Shown here: positions 48,401-63,400 of the stretch, in pieces
How positions within the stretch are numbered: position 1 is the first letter of the stretch
Layout: every line of letters starts with the position of its first letter
Assembly (NCBI GenBank): GCA_964016885.1
Contig: OZ024740.1
Location: 418,934,001-418,998,000, forward strand
Reading direction: 5' to 3'
Source of the DNA: Eledone cirrhosa
Taxonomy: Eukaryota
DNA length: 64,000 bases
Position numbers and translations under genes: made by a program
Notes under the pieces: model-generated
Told to the model about the DNA's origin: nothing
The model's database searches: none
Seen by the model: only the letters and a program-made list of their open reading frames with translations

Positions 48401-51400
48401 TTCTCATCCAACCTAACTGTTGTGTTCTCATCCAACCTAACTGTTGTGTTCTCATCCAACCTAACTGTTGTGTTCTCACCCAACCTAACTGTTGTGTTCT
48501 CATCCAACCTAACTGTTGTGTTCTCATCCAACCTATCTGTTGTGTTCTCACCCAACCTAACTGAAGTTCTCACCCAACCTAACTGTTGTGTTCTCATCCA
48601 ACCTAACTGTTGTGTTCTCATCCAACCTAACTGTTGTGTTCTCATCCAACCTAACTGTTGTGTTCTCATCCAACCTAACTGTTGTGTTCTCACCCAACCT
48701 AACTGTTGTGTTCTCATCCAACCTAACTGTTGTGTTCTCATCCAACCTAACTGTTGTGTTCTCACCCAACCTAACTGAAGTTCTCACCCAACCTAACTGT
48801 TGTGTTCTCACCCAACCTAACTGTTGTGTTCTCATCCAACCTAACTGTTGTGTTCTCATCCAACCTAACTGTTGTGTTCTCACCCAACCTAACTGAAGTT
48901 CTCACCCAACCTAACTGTTGTGTTCTCAGCCAACCTAACTCTTGTGTTCTGACCCAACCTAACTGTTGTGTTCTCACCCAACCTAACTGAAGTTCTCTCC
49001 CAACCTAACTGAAGTTCTCACCCAACCTAACTGTTGTGTTCTCACCCAACCTAACTGTTGTGTTCTCATCTAACCTGAACTGTTGTGTTCTTATCCAATC
49101 TAAATGTTGTGTTCTTATCCAACCTAACTGTTGTGTTCTCACCCAACCTAACTGAAGTTCTCACCCAACCTAACTTTTGTGTTCTCATCCAACCTAACTG
49201 TTGTGTTCTCATCCAACCTAACTGTTGTGTTCTCACCCAGCCTAACTGAAGTTCTCACCTAACCTAACTGTTGTGTTCTCAACCAACCTAACTGTTGTGT
49301 TCTCATCCAACCTAACTGTTGTGTTCTCATCCAACCTAACTGTTGTGTTCTCATCCAACCTAACTGATGTGTTCTCACCCAACCTAACTGTTGTGTTCTC
49401 ATCCAACCTAACTGTTGTGTTCTCATCCAACCTAACTGTTGTGTTCTCATCCAACCTAACTGTTGTGTTCTCATCCAACCTAACTGTTGTGTTCTCACCA
49501 AACCTAACTGAAGTTCTCACCCAACCTAACTGTTGTGTTCTCACCCAACCTAACTGTTGTGTTCTCATCCAACCTAACTGTTGTGTTCTCACCCAACCTA
49601 ACTGTTGTGTTCTCATCCAACCTAACTGATGTGTTCTCACCCAACCGAACTGTTGTGTTCTCATCCAACCTAACTGTTGTGTTCTCACCCAACCTAACTG
49701 AAGTTCTCACCAAACCTAACTGTTGTGTTCTCACCCAACCTAACTGTTGTGTTCTCATCCAACCTAACTGTTGTGTTCTCACCCAACCTAACTGTTGTGT
49801 TCTCATCCAACCTAACTGTTGTGTTCTCATCCAACCTAACTGTTGTGTTCTCATCCAACCTAACTGAAGTTCTCACGAAACCTAACTGTTGTGTTCTCAC
49901 CCAACCTAACTGTTGTGTTCTCACCCAACCTAACTGTTGTGCTCTCACCCAACCTAACTGTTGTGTTCTCATCCAACCTAACTGTTGTGTTCTCACCCAA
50001 CCTAACTGTTGTGTTCTCATCCAACCTAACTGTTGTGTTCTCACCCAACCTAACTGTTGTGTTCTCATCCAACCTAACTGTTGTGTTCTCACCCAGCCTA
50101 ACTGAAGTTCTCACCCAACCTAACTGTTGTGTTCTCACCCAACCTAACTGTTGTGTTCTCATCCAACCTAACTGTTGTGTTCTCACCCAACCTAACTGTT
50201 GTGTTCTCACCCAACCTAACTGTTGTGTTCTCATCCAACCTAACTGTTGTGTTCTCACCCAACCTAACTGTTGTGTTCTCACCCAACCTAACTGTTGTGT
50301 TCTCATCCAACCTAACTGATGTGTTCTCACCCAACCTAACTGTTGTGTTCTCATCCAACCTAACTGTTGTGTTCTCATCCAACCTAACTGTTGTGTTCTC
50401 ACCCAACCTAACTGTTGTGTTCTCATCCAACCTAACTGTTGTGTTCTCATCCAACCTAACTGTTGTGTTCTCATCCAACCTAACTGATGTGTTCTCACCC
50501 AACCTAACTGTTGTGTTCTCATCCAACCTAACTGTTGTGTTCTCATCCAACCTAACTGTTGTGTTCTCACCCAACCTAACTGTTGTGTTCTCACCCAACC
50601 TAACTGTTGTGTTCTCATCCAACCTAACTGTTGTGTTCTCACCCAACCTAACTGTTGTGTTCTCATCCAACCTAACTGTTGTGTTCTCATCCAACCTAAC
50701 TGATGTGTTCTCACCCAACCTAACTGTTGTGTTCTCACCCAACCTAACTGTTGTGTTCTCACCCAACCTAACTGTTGTGTTCTCATCCAACCTAACTGAT
50801 GTGTTCTCACCCAACCTAACTGTTGTGTTCTCATCCAACCTAACTGTTGTGTTCTCATCCAACCTAACTGTTGTGTTCTCATCCAACCTAACTGTTGTAT
50901 TCTCACCCAACCTAACTGTTGTGTTCTCATCCAACCTAACTGTTGTGTTCTCATCCAACCTAACTGTTGTGTTCTCATCCAACCTAACTGTTGTGTTCTC
51001 ATCCAACCTAACTGTTGTGTTCTCATCCAACCTAACTGTTGTGTTCTCATCCAACCTAACTGTTGTGTTCTCATCCAACCTAACTGTTGTGTTCTCACCC
51101 AACCTAACTGTTGTGTTCTCATCCAACCTAACTGTTGTGTTCTCATCCAACCTAACTGTTGTGTTCTCATCCAACCTAACTGTTGTGTTCTCACCCAACC
51201 TAACTGTTGTGTTCTCATCCAACCTAACTGTTGTGTTCTCATCCAACCTAACTGTTGTGTTCTCATCCAACCTAACTGTTGTGTTCTCACCCAACCTAAC
51301 TGAAGTTCTCACCCAACCTAACTGTTGTGTTCTCACCCAACCTAACTGTTGTGTTCTCACCCAGCCTAACTGAAGTTCTCACCTAACCTAACTGTTGTGT

Positions 51401-54400
51401 TCTCACCCAACCTAACTGTTGTGTTCTCACCCAACCTAACTGAAGTTCTCACCCAACCTAACTGTTGTGTTCTCACCCAACCTAACTGTTGTGTTCTCAC
51501 CCAGCCTAACTGAAGTTCTCACCTAACCTAACTGTTGTGTTCTCACCCAACCTAACTGTTGTGTTCTCACCCAACCTAACTGTTGTGTTCTCATCCAACC
51601 TAACTGTTGTGTTCTCACCCAACCTAACTGTTGTGTTCTCACCTAACCTAACTGTTGTGTTCTCATCCAACCTAACTGTTGTGTTCTCATCCAACCTAAC
51701 TGTTGTGTTCTCATCCAACCTAACTGTTGTGTTCTCATCCAACCTAACTGTTGTGTTCTCATCCAACCTAACTGTTGTGTTCTCACCCAACCTAACTGTT
51801 GTGTTCTCACCCAACCTAACTGAAGTTCTCACCCAACCTAACAGAAGTTCTCATCCAACCTAACTATTGTGTTCTCATCCAACCTAACTATTGTGTTCTC
51901 ATCCAACCTAACTGTTGTGTTCTCATCCAACCTAACTGTTGTGTTCTCATCCAACATAACTGAAGTTCTCACCCAACCTAACTGAAGTTCTCACCCAACC
52001 TAACTGTTGTGTTCTCACCCAACCTAACTGTTGTGTTCTCATCCAACCTAACTGTTGTGTTCTCATCCAACCTAACTGTTGTGTTCTCATCCAACCTAAC
52101 TGTTGTGTTCTCACCCAACCTAACTGAAGTTCTCACCCAACCTAACTGTTGTGTTCTCAGCCAACCTAACTCTTGTGTTCTGACCCAACCTAACTGTTGT
52201 GTTCTCACCCAACCTAACTGAAGTTCTCTCCCAACCTAACTGAAGTTCTCACCCAACCTAACTGTTGTGTTCTCACCCAACCTAACTGTTGTGTTCTCAT
52301 CTAACCTGAACTGTTGTGTTCTTATCCAATCTAAATGTTGTGTTCTTATCCAACCTAACTGTTGTGTTCTCACCCAACCTAACTGAAGTTCTCACCCAAC
52401 CTAACTTTTGTGTTCTCATCCAACCTAACTGTTGTGTTCTCATCCAACCTAACTGTTGTGTTCTCACCCAGCCTAACTGAAGTTCTCACCTAACCTAACT
52501 GTTGTGTTCTCAACCAACCTAACTGTTGTGTTCTCATCCAACCTAACTGTTGTGTTCTCATCCAACCTAACTGTTGTGTTCTCATCCAACCTAACTGATG
52601 TGTTCTCACCCAACCTAACTGTTGTGTTCTCATCCAACCTAACTGTTGTGTTCTCATCCAACCTAACTGTTGTGTTCTCATCCAACCTAACTGTTGTGTT
52701 CTCATCCAACCTAACTGTTGTGTTCTCACCAAACCTAACTGAAGTTCTCACCCAACCTAACTGTTGTGTTCTCACCCAACCTAACTGTTGTGTTCTCATC
52801 CAACCTAACTGTTGTGTTCTCACCCAACCTAACTGTTGTGTTCTCATCCAACCTAACTGATGTGTTCTCACCCAACCGAACTGTTGTGTTCTCATCCAAC
52901 CTAACTGTTGTGTTCTCACCCAACCTAACTGAAGTTCTCACCAAACCTAACTGTTGTGTTCTCACCCAACCTAACTGTTGTGTTCTCATCCAACCTAACT
53001 GTTGTGTTCTCACCCAACCTAACTGTTGTGTTCTCATCCAACCTAACTGTTGTGTTCTCATCCAACCTAACTGTTGTGTTCTCATCCAACCTAACTGAAG
53101 TTCTCACGAAACCTAACTGTTGTGTTCTCACCCAACCTAACTGTTGTGTTCTCACCCAACCTAACTGTTGTGCTCTCACCCAACCTAACTGTTGTGTTCT
53201 CATCCAACCTAACTGTTGTGTTCTCACCCAACCTAACTGTTGTGTTCTCATCCAACCTAACTGTTGTGTTCTCACCCAACCTAACTGTTGTGTTCTCATC
53301 CAACCTAACTGTTGTGTTCTCACCCAGCCTAACTGAAGTTCTCACCCAACCTAACTGTTGTGTTCTCACCCAACCTAACTGTTGTGTTCTCATCCAACCT
53401 AACTGTTGTGTTCTCACCCAACCTAACTGTTGTGTTCTCACCCAACCTAACTGTTGTGTTCTCATCCAACCTAACTGTTGTGTTCTCACCCAACCTAACT
53501 GTTGTGTTCTCACCCAACCTAACTGTTGTGTTCTCATCCAACCTAACTGATGTGTTCTCACCCAACCTAACTGTTGTGTTCTCATCCAACCTAACTGTTG
53601 TGTTCTCATCCAACCTAACTGTTGTGTTCTCACCCAACCTAACTGTTGTGTTCTCATCCAACCTAACTGTTGTGTTCTCATCCAACCTAACTGTTGTGTT
53701 CTCATCCAACCTAACTGATGTGTTCTCACCCAACCTAACTGTTGTGTTCTCATCCAACCTAACTGTTGTGTTCTCATCCAACCTAACTGTTGTGTTCTCA
53801 CCCAACCTAACTGTTGTGTTCTCACCCAACCTAACTGTTGTGTTCTCATCCAACCTAACTGTTGTGTTCTCACCCAACCTAACTGTTGTGTTCTCATCCA
53901 ACCTAACTGTTGTGTTCTCATCCAACCTAACTGATGTGTTCTCACCCAACCTAACTGTTGTGTTCTCACCCAACCTAACTGTTGTGTTCTCACCCAACCT
54001 AACTGTTGTGTTCTCATCCAACCTAACTGATGTGTTCTCACCCAACCTAACTGTTGTGTTCTCATCCAACCTAACTGTTGTGTTCTCATCCAACCTAACT
54101 GTTGTGTTCTCATCCAACCTAACTGTTGTATTCTCACCCAACCTAACTGTTGTGTTCTCATCCAACCTAACTGTTGTGTTCTCATCCAACCTAACTGTTG
54201 TGTTCTCATCCAACCTAACTGTTGTGTTCTCATCCAACCTAACTGTTGTGTTCTCATCCAACCTAACTGTTGTGTTCTCATCCAACCTAACTGTTGTGTT
54301 CTCATCCAACCTAACTGTTGTGTTCTCACCCAACCTAACTGTTGTGTTCTCATCCAACCTAACTGTTGTGTTCTCATCCAACCTAACTGTTGTGTTCTCA

Positions 54401-57400
54401 TCCAACCTAACTGTTGTGTTCTCACCCAACCTAACTGTTGTGTTCTCATCCAACCTAACTGTTGTGTTCTCATCCAACCTAACTGTTGTGTTCTCATCCA
54501 ACCTAACTGTTGTGTTCTCACCCAACCTAACTGTTGTGTTCTCATCCAACCTAACTGTTGTGTTCTCATCCAACCTAACTGTTGTGTTCTCATCCAACCT
54601 AACTGTTGTGTTCTCATCCAACCTAACTGTTGTGTTCTCATCCAACCTAACTGTTGTGTTCTCATCCAACCTAACTGAAGTTCTCACCCAACCTATCTGT
54701 TGTGTTCTCATCCAACCTAACTGTTGTGTTCTCATCCAACCTAACTGAAGTTCTCACCCAACCTAACTGTTGTGTTATCATCCAACCTAACTGTTGTGTT
54801 ATCATCCAACCTAACTGTTGTGTTCTCATCCAACCTAACTGATGTGTTCTCACCCAACCTAACTGTTGTGTTCTCACCCAACCTAACTGTTGTGTTCTCA
54901 TCCAACCTAACTGTTGTGTTCTCATCCAACCTAACTGAAGTTCTCACCCAACCTAACTGTTGTGTTCTCACCCAACCTAACTGTTGTGTTCTCATCCAAC
55001 CTAACTGAAGTTCTCATCCAACCTAACTGTTGTGTTCTCACCCAACCTAACTGAAGTTCTCATCCAACCTAACTGTTGTGTTCTCACCCAACCTAACTGA
55101 AGTTCTCATCCAACCTAACTGTTGTGTTCTCACCCAACCTAACTGAAGTTCTCACCCAACCTAACTGTTGTGTTCTCACCCAACCTAACTGAAGTTCTCA
55201 TCCAACCTAACTGTTGTGTTCTCACCCAACCTAACTGAAGTTCTCACCCAACCTAACTGTTGTGTTCTCACCCAACCTAACTGAAGTTCTCATCCAACCT
55301 AACTGTTGTGTTCTCACCCAACCTAACTCTTGTGTTCTGACCCAACCTAACTGAAGTTCTCTCCCAACCTAACTGAAGTTCTCACCCAACCTAACTGTTG
55401 TGTTCTCATCTAACCTGAACTGTTGTGTTCTTATCCAATCTAAATGTTGTGTTCTTATCCAACCTAACTGCTGTGTTCTCACCCAACCTAACTGAAGTTC
55501 TCACCCAACCTAACTGTTATGTTCTCATCCAACCTAACTGTTGTGTTCTCACCCAACCTAACTGAAGTTCTCACCCAACCTAACTGTTGTGTTATCATCC
55601 AACATAACTGTTGTGTTATCATCCAACCTAACTGTTGTGTTCTCACCCAGCCTAACTGAAGTTCTCACCTAACCTAACTGTTGTGTTCTCATCCAACCTA
55701 ACTGTTGTGTTCTCATCCAACCTAACTGTTGTGTTCTCATCCAACCTAACTGTTGTGTTCTCACCCAACCTAACTGTTGTGTTCTCATCCAACCTAACTG
55801 TTGTGTTCTCATCCAACCTATCTGTTGTGTTCTCACCCAACCTAACTGAAGTTCTCACCCAACCTAACTGTTGTGTTCTCATCCAACCTAACTGTTGTGT
55901 TCTCATCCAACCTAACTGTTGTGTTCTCATCCAACCTAACTGTTGTGTTCTCATCCAACCTAACTGTTGTGTTCTCACCCAACCTAACTGTTGTGTTCTC
56001 ATCCAACCTAACTGTTGTGTTCTCATCCAACCTAACTGTTGTGTTCTCACCCAACCTAACTGAAGTTCTCACCCAACCTAACTGTTGTGTTCTCACCCAA
56101 CCTAACTGTTGTGTTCTCATCCAACCTAACTGTTGTGTTCTCATCCAACCTAACTGTTGTGTTCTCACCCAACCTAACTGAAGTTCTCACCCAACCTAAC
56201 TGTTGTGTTCTCACCCAACCTAACTGTTGTGTTCTCACCCAGCCTAACTGAAGTTCTCACCTAACCTAACTGTTGTGTTCTCACCCAACCTAACTGTTGT
56301 GTTCTCACCCAACCTAACTGTTGTGTTCTCATCCAACCTAACTTTTATGTTCTCATCCAACCTAACTGTTGTGTTCTCATCCAACCTAACTGTTGTGTTC
56401 TCACCCAACCTAACTGTTGTGTTCTCACCCAACCTAACTGTTGTGTTCTCATCCAACCTAACTGTTGTGTTCTCATCCAACCTAACTGTTGTGTTCTCAC
56501 CCAACCTAACTGAAGTTCTCACCCAACCTAACTGTTGTGTTCTCACCCAACCTAACTGTTGTGTTCTCACCCAGCCTAACTGAAGTTCTCACCTAACCTA
56601 ACTGTTGTGTTCTCACCCAACCTAACTGTTGTGTTCTCACCCAACCTAACTGAAGTTCTCACCCAACCTAACTGTTGTGTTCTCACCCAACCTAACTGTT
56701 GTGTTCTCACCCAGCCTAACTGAAGTTCTCACCTAACCTAACTGTTGTGTTCTCACCCAACCTAACTGTTGTGTTCTCACCCAACCTAACTGTTGTGTTC
56801 TCATCCAACCTAACTGTTGTGTTCTCACCCAACCTAACTGTTGTGTTCTCACCTAACCTAACTGTTGTGTTCTCATCCAACCTAACTGTTGTGTTCTCAT
56901 CCAACCTAACTGTTGTGTTCTCATCCAACCTAACTGTTGTGTTCTCATCCAACCTAACTGTTGTGTTCTCATCCAACCTAACTGTTGTGTTCTCACCCAA
57001 CCTAACTGTTGTGTTCTCACCCAACCTAACTGAAGTTCTCACCCAACCTAACAGAAGTTCTCATCCAACCTAACTATTGTGTTCTCATCCAACCTAACTA
57101 TTGTGTTCTCATCCAACCTAACTGTTGTGTTCTCATCCAACCTAACTGTTGTGTTCTCATCCAACATAACTGAAGTTCTCACCCAACCTAACTGAAGTTC
57201 TCACCCAACCTAACTGTTGTGTTCTCACCCAACCTAACTGTTGTGTTCTCATCCAACCTAACTGTTGTGTTCTCATCCAACCTAACTGTTGTGTTCTCAT
57301 CCAACCTAACTGTTGTGTTCTCACCCAACCTAACTGAAGTTCTCACCCAACCTAACTGTTGTGTTCTCAGCCAACCTAACTCTTGTGTTCTGACCCAACC

Positions 57401-60400
57401 TAACTGTTGTGTTCTCACCCAACCTAACTGAAGTTCTCTCCCAACCTAACTGAAGTTCTCACCCAACCTAACTGTTGTGTTCTCACCCAACCTAACTGTT
57501 GTGTTCTCATCTAACCTGAACTGTTGTGTTCTTATCCAATCTAAATGTTGTGTTCTTATCCAACCTAACTGTTGTGTTCTCACCCAACCTAACTGAAGTT
57601 CTCACCCAACCTAACTTTTGTGTTCTCATCCAACCTAACTGTTGTGTTCTCACCCAACCTAACTGAAGTTCTCATCCAACCTAACTGTTGTGTTCTCACC
57701 CAACCTAACTCTTGTGTTCTGACCCAACCTAACTGAAGTTCTCTCCCAACCTAACTGAAGTTCTCACCCAACCTAACTGTTGTGTTCTCATCTAACCTGA
57801 ACTGTTGTGTTCTTATCCAATCTAAATGTTGTGTTCTTATCCAACCTAACTGCTGTGTTCTCACCCAACCTAACTGAAGTTCTCACCCAACCTAACTGTT
57901 ATGTTCTCATCCAACCTAACTGTTGTGTTCTCACCCAACCTAACTGAAGTTCTCACCCAACCTAACTGTTGTGTTATCATCCAACATAACTGTTGTGTTA
58001 TCATCCAACCTAACTGTTGTGTTCTCACCCAGCCTAACTGAAGTTCTCACCTAACCTAACTGTTGTGTTCTCATCCAACCTAACTGTTGTGTTCTCATCC
58101 AACCTAACTGTTGTGTTCTCATCCAACCTAACTGTTGTGTTCTCACCCAACCTAACTGTTGTGTTCTCATCCAACCTAACTGTTGTGTTCTCATCCAACC
58201 TATCTGTTGTGTTCTCACCCAACCTAACTGAAGTTCTCACCCAACCTAACTGTTGTGTTCTCATCCAACCTAACTGTTGTGTTCTCATCCAACCTAACTG
58301 TTGTGTTCTCATCCAACCTAACTGTTGTGTTCTCATCCAACCTAACTGTTGTGTTCTCACCCAACCTAACTGTTGTGTTCTCATCCAACCTAACTGTTGT
58401 GTTCTCATCCAACCTAACTGTTGTGTTCTCACCCAACCTAACTGAAGTTCTCACCCAACCTAACTGTTGTGTTCTCACCCAACCTAACTGTTGTGTTCTC
58501 ATCCAACCTAACTGTTGTGTTCTCATCCAACCTAACTGTTGTGTTCTCACCCAACCTAACTGAAGTTCTCACCCAACCTAACTGTTGTGTTCTCACCCAA
58601 CCTAACTGTTGTGTTCTCACCCAGCCTAACTGAAGTTCTCACCTAACCTAACTGTTGTGTTCTCACCCAACCTAACTGTTGTGTTCTCACCCAACCTAAC
58701 TGTTGTGTTCTCATCCAACCTAACTTTTATGTTCTCATCCAACCTAACTGTTGTGTTCTCATCCAACCTAACTGTTGTGTTCTCACCCAACCTAACTGTT
58801 GTGTTCTCACCCAACCTAACTGTTGTGTTCTCATCCAACCTAACTGTTGTGTTCTCATCCAACCTAACTGTTGTGTTCTCACCCAACCTAACTGAAGTTC
58901 TCACCCAACCTAACTGTTGTGTTCTCACCCAACCTAACTGTTGTGTTCTCACCCAGCCTAACTGAAGTTCTCACCTAACCTAACTGTTGTGTTCTCACCC
59001 AACCTAACTGTTGTGTTCTCACCCAACCTAACTGAAGTTCTCACCCAACCTAACTGTTGTGTTCTCACCCAACCTAACTGTTGTGTTCTCACCCAGCCTA
59101 ACTGAAGTTCTCACCTAACCTAACTGTTGTGTTCTCACCCAACCTAACTGTTGTGTTCTCACCCAACCTAACTGTTGTGTTCTCATCCAACCTAACTGTT
59201 GTGTTCTCACCCAACCTAACTGTTGTGTTCTCACCTAACCTAACTGTTGTGTTCTCATCCAACCTAACTGTTGTGTTCTCATCCAACCTAACTGTTGTGT
59301 TCTCATCCAACCTAACTGTTGTGTTCTCATCCAACCTAACTGTTGTGTTCTCATCCAACCTAACTGTTGTGTTCTCACCCAACCTAACTGTTGTGTTCTC
59401 ACCCAACCTAACTGAAGTTCTCACCCAACCTAACAGAAGTTCTCATCCAACCTAACTATTGTGTTCTCATCCAACCTAACTATTGTGTTCTCATCCAACC
59501 TAACTGTTGTGTTCTCATCCAACCTAACTGTTGTGTTCTCATCCAACATAACTGAAGTTCTCACCCAACCTAACTGAAGTTCTCACCCAACCTAACTGTT
59601 GTGTTCTCACCCAACCTAACTGTTGTGTTCTCATCCAACCTAACTGTTGTGTTCTCATCCAACCTAACTGTTGTGTTCTCATCCAACCTAACTGTTGTGT
59701 TCTCACCCAACCTAACTGAAGTTCTCACCCAACCTAACTGTTGTGTTCTCAGCCAACCTAACTCTTGTGTTCTGACCCAACCTAACTGTTGTGTTCTCAC
59801 CCAACCTAACTGAAGTTCTCTCCCAACCTAACTGAAGTTCTCACCCAACCTAACTGTTGTGTTCTCACCCAACCTAACTGTTGTGTTCTCATCTAACCTG
59901 AACTGTTGTGTTCTTATCCAATCTAAATGTTGTGTTCTTATCCAACCTAACTGTTGTGTTCTCACCCAACCTAACTGAAGTTCTCACCCAACCTAACTTT
60001 TGTGTTCTCATCCAACCTAACTGTTGTGTTCTCATCCAACCTAACTGTTGTGTTCTCACCCAGCCTAACTGAAGTTCTCACCTAACCTAACGGTTGTGTT
60101 CTCACCCAACCTAACTGTTGTGTTCTCATCCAACCTAACTGTTGTGTTCTCATCCAACCTAACTGTTGTGTTCTCATCCAACCTAACTGATGTGTTCTCA
60201 CCCAACCTAACTGTTGTGTTCTCATCCAACCTAACTGTTGTGTTCTCATCCAACCTAACTGTTGTGTTCTCATCCAACCTAACTGTTGTGTTCTCATCCA
60301 ACCTAACTGTTGTGTTCTCACCAAACCTAACTGAAGTTCTCACCCAACCTAACTGTTGTGTTCTCACCCAACCTAACTGTTGTGTTCTCATCCAACCTAA

Positions 60401-63400
60401 CTGTTGTGTTCTCACCCAACCTAACTGTTGTGTTCTCATCCAACCTAACTGATGTGTTCTCACCCAACCGAACTGTTGTGTTCTCATCCAACCTAACTGT
60501 TGTGATCTCACCCAACCTAACTGAAGTTCTCACCAAACCTAACTGTTGTGTTCTCACCCAACCTAACTGTTGTGTTCTCATCCAACCTAACTGTTGTGTT
60601 CTCACCCAACCTAACTGTTGTGTTCTCATCCAACCTAACTGTTGTGTTCTCATCCAACCTAACTGTTGTGTACTCATCCAACCTAACTGAAGTTCTCACG
60701 AAACCTAACTGTTGTGTTCTCACCCAACCTAACTGTTGTGTTCTCACCCAACCTAACTGTTGTGTTCTCACCCAACCTAACTGTTGTGTTCTCATCCAAC
60801 CTAACTGTTGTGTTCTCACCCAACCTAACTGTTGTGTTCTCATCCAACCTAACTGTTGTGTTCTCACCCAACCTAACTGTTGTGTTCTCATCCAACCTAA
60901 CTGTTGTGTTCTCACCCAGCCTAACTGAAGTTCTCACCCAACCTAACTGTTGTGTTCTCACCCAACCTAACTGTTGTGTTCTCATCCAACCTAACTGTTG
61001 TATTCTCACCCAACCTAACTGTTGTGTTCTCACCCAACCTAACTGTTGTGTTCTCATCCAACCTAACTGTTGTGTTCTCACCCAACCTAACTGTTGTGTT
61101 CTCACCCAACCTAACTGTTGTGTTCTCATCCAACCTAACTGATGTGTTCTCACCCAACCTAACTGTTGTGTTCTCATCCAACCTAACTGTTGTGTTCTCA
61201 TCCAACCTAACTGTTGTGTTCTCACCCAACCTAACTGTTGTGTTCTCATCCAACCTAACTGTTGTGTTCTCATCCAACCTAACTGTTGTGTTCTCATCCA
61301 ACCTAACTGATGTGTTCTCACCCAACCTAACTGTTGTGTTCTCATGCAACCTAACTGTTGTGTTCTCATCCAACCTAACTGTTGTGTTCTCACCCAACCT
61401 AACTGTTGTGTTCTCACCCAACCTAACTGTTGTGTTCTCATCCAACCTAACTGTTGTGTTCTCACCCAACCTAACTGTTGTGTTCTCATCCAACCTAACT
61501 GTTGTGTTCTCATCCAACCTAACTGATGTGTTCTCACCCAACCTAACTGTTGTGTTCTCACCCAACCTAACTGTTGTGTTCTCACCCAACCTAACTGTTG
61601 TGTTCTCATCCAACCTAACTGATGTGTTCTCACCCAACCTAACTGTTGTGTTCTCATCCAACCTAACTGTTGTGTTCTCATCCAACCTAACTGTTGTGTT
61701 CTCATCCAACCTAACTGTTGTGTTCTCACCCAACCTAACTGTTGTGTTCTCATCCAACCTATCTGTTGTGTTCTCATCCAACCTAACTGTTGTGTTCTCA
61801 TCCAACCTAACTGTTGTGTTCTCATCCAACCTAACTGTTGTGTTCTCATCCAACCTAACTGTTGTGTTCTCATCCAACCTAACTGTTGTGTTCTCATCCA
61901 ACCTAACTGTTGTGTTCTCACCCAACCTAACTGTTGTGTTCTCATCCAACCTAACTGTTGTGTTCTCATCCAACCTAACTGTTGTGTTCTCATCCAACCT
62001 AACTGTTGTGTTCTCACCCAACCTAACTGTTGTGTTCTCATCCAACCTAACTGTTGTGTTCTCATCCAACCTAACTGTTGTGTTCTCATCCAACCTAACT
62101 GTTGTGTTCTCACCCAACCTAACTGTTGTGTTCTCATCCAACCTAACTGTTGTGTTCTCATCCAACCTAACTGTTGTGTTCTCATCCAACCTAACTGTTG
62201 TGTTCTCATCCAACCTAACTGTTGTGTTCTCATCCAACCTAACTGTTGTGTTCTCATCCAACCTAACTGAAGTTCTCACCCAACCTATCTGTTGTGTTCT
62301 CATCCAACCTAACTGTTGTGTTCTCATCCAACCTAACTGAAGTTCTCACCCAACCTAACTGTTGTGTTATCATCCAACCTAACTGTTGTGTTATCATCCA
62401 ACCTAACTGTTGTGTTCTCATCCAACCTAACTGATGTGTTCTCACCCAACCTAACTGTTGTGTTCTCACCCAACCTAACTGTTGTGTTCTCATCCAACCT
62501 AACTGTTGTGTTCTCATCCAACCTAACTGAAGTTCTCACCCAACCTAACTGTTGTGTTCTCACCCAACCTAACTGTTGTGTTCTCATCTAACCTAACTGA
62601 AGTTCTCATCCAACCTAACTGTTGTGTTCTCACCCAACCTAACTGAAGTTCTCATCCAACCTAACTGTTGTGTTCTCACCCAACCTAACTGAAGTTCTCA
62701 TCCAACCTAACTGTTGTGTTCTCACCCAACCTAACTGAAGTTCTCACCCAACCTAACTGTTGTGTTCTCACCCAACCTAACTGAAGTTCTCATCCAACCT
62801 AACTGTTGTGTTCTCACCCAACCTAACTGAAGTTCTCACCCAACCTAACTGTTGTGTTCTCACCCAACCTAACTGAAGTTCTCATCCAACCTAACTGTTG
62901 TGTTCTCACCCAACCTAACTCTTGTGTTCTGACCCAACCTAACTGAAGTTCTCTCCCAACCTAACTGAAGTTCTCACCCAACCTAACTGTTGTGTTCTCA
63001 TCTAACCTGAACTGTTGTGTTCTTATCCAATCTAAATGTTGTGTTCTTATCCAACCTAACTGCTGTGTTCTCACCCAACCTAACTGAAGTTCTCACCCAA
63101 CCTAACTGTTATGTTCTCATCCAACCTAACTGTTGTGTTCTCACCCAACCTAACTGAAGTTCTCACCCAACCTAACTGTTGTGTTATCATCCAACCTAAC
63201 TGTTGTGTTATCATCCAACCTAACTGTTGTGTTCTCACCCAGCCTAACTGAAGTTCTCACCTAACCTAACTGTTGTGTTCTCATCCAACCTAACTGTTGT
63301 GTTCTCATCCAACCTAACTGTTGTGTTCTCATCCAACCTAACTGATGTGTTCTCACCCAACCTAACTGTTGTGTTCTCATCCAACCTAACTGTTGTGTTC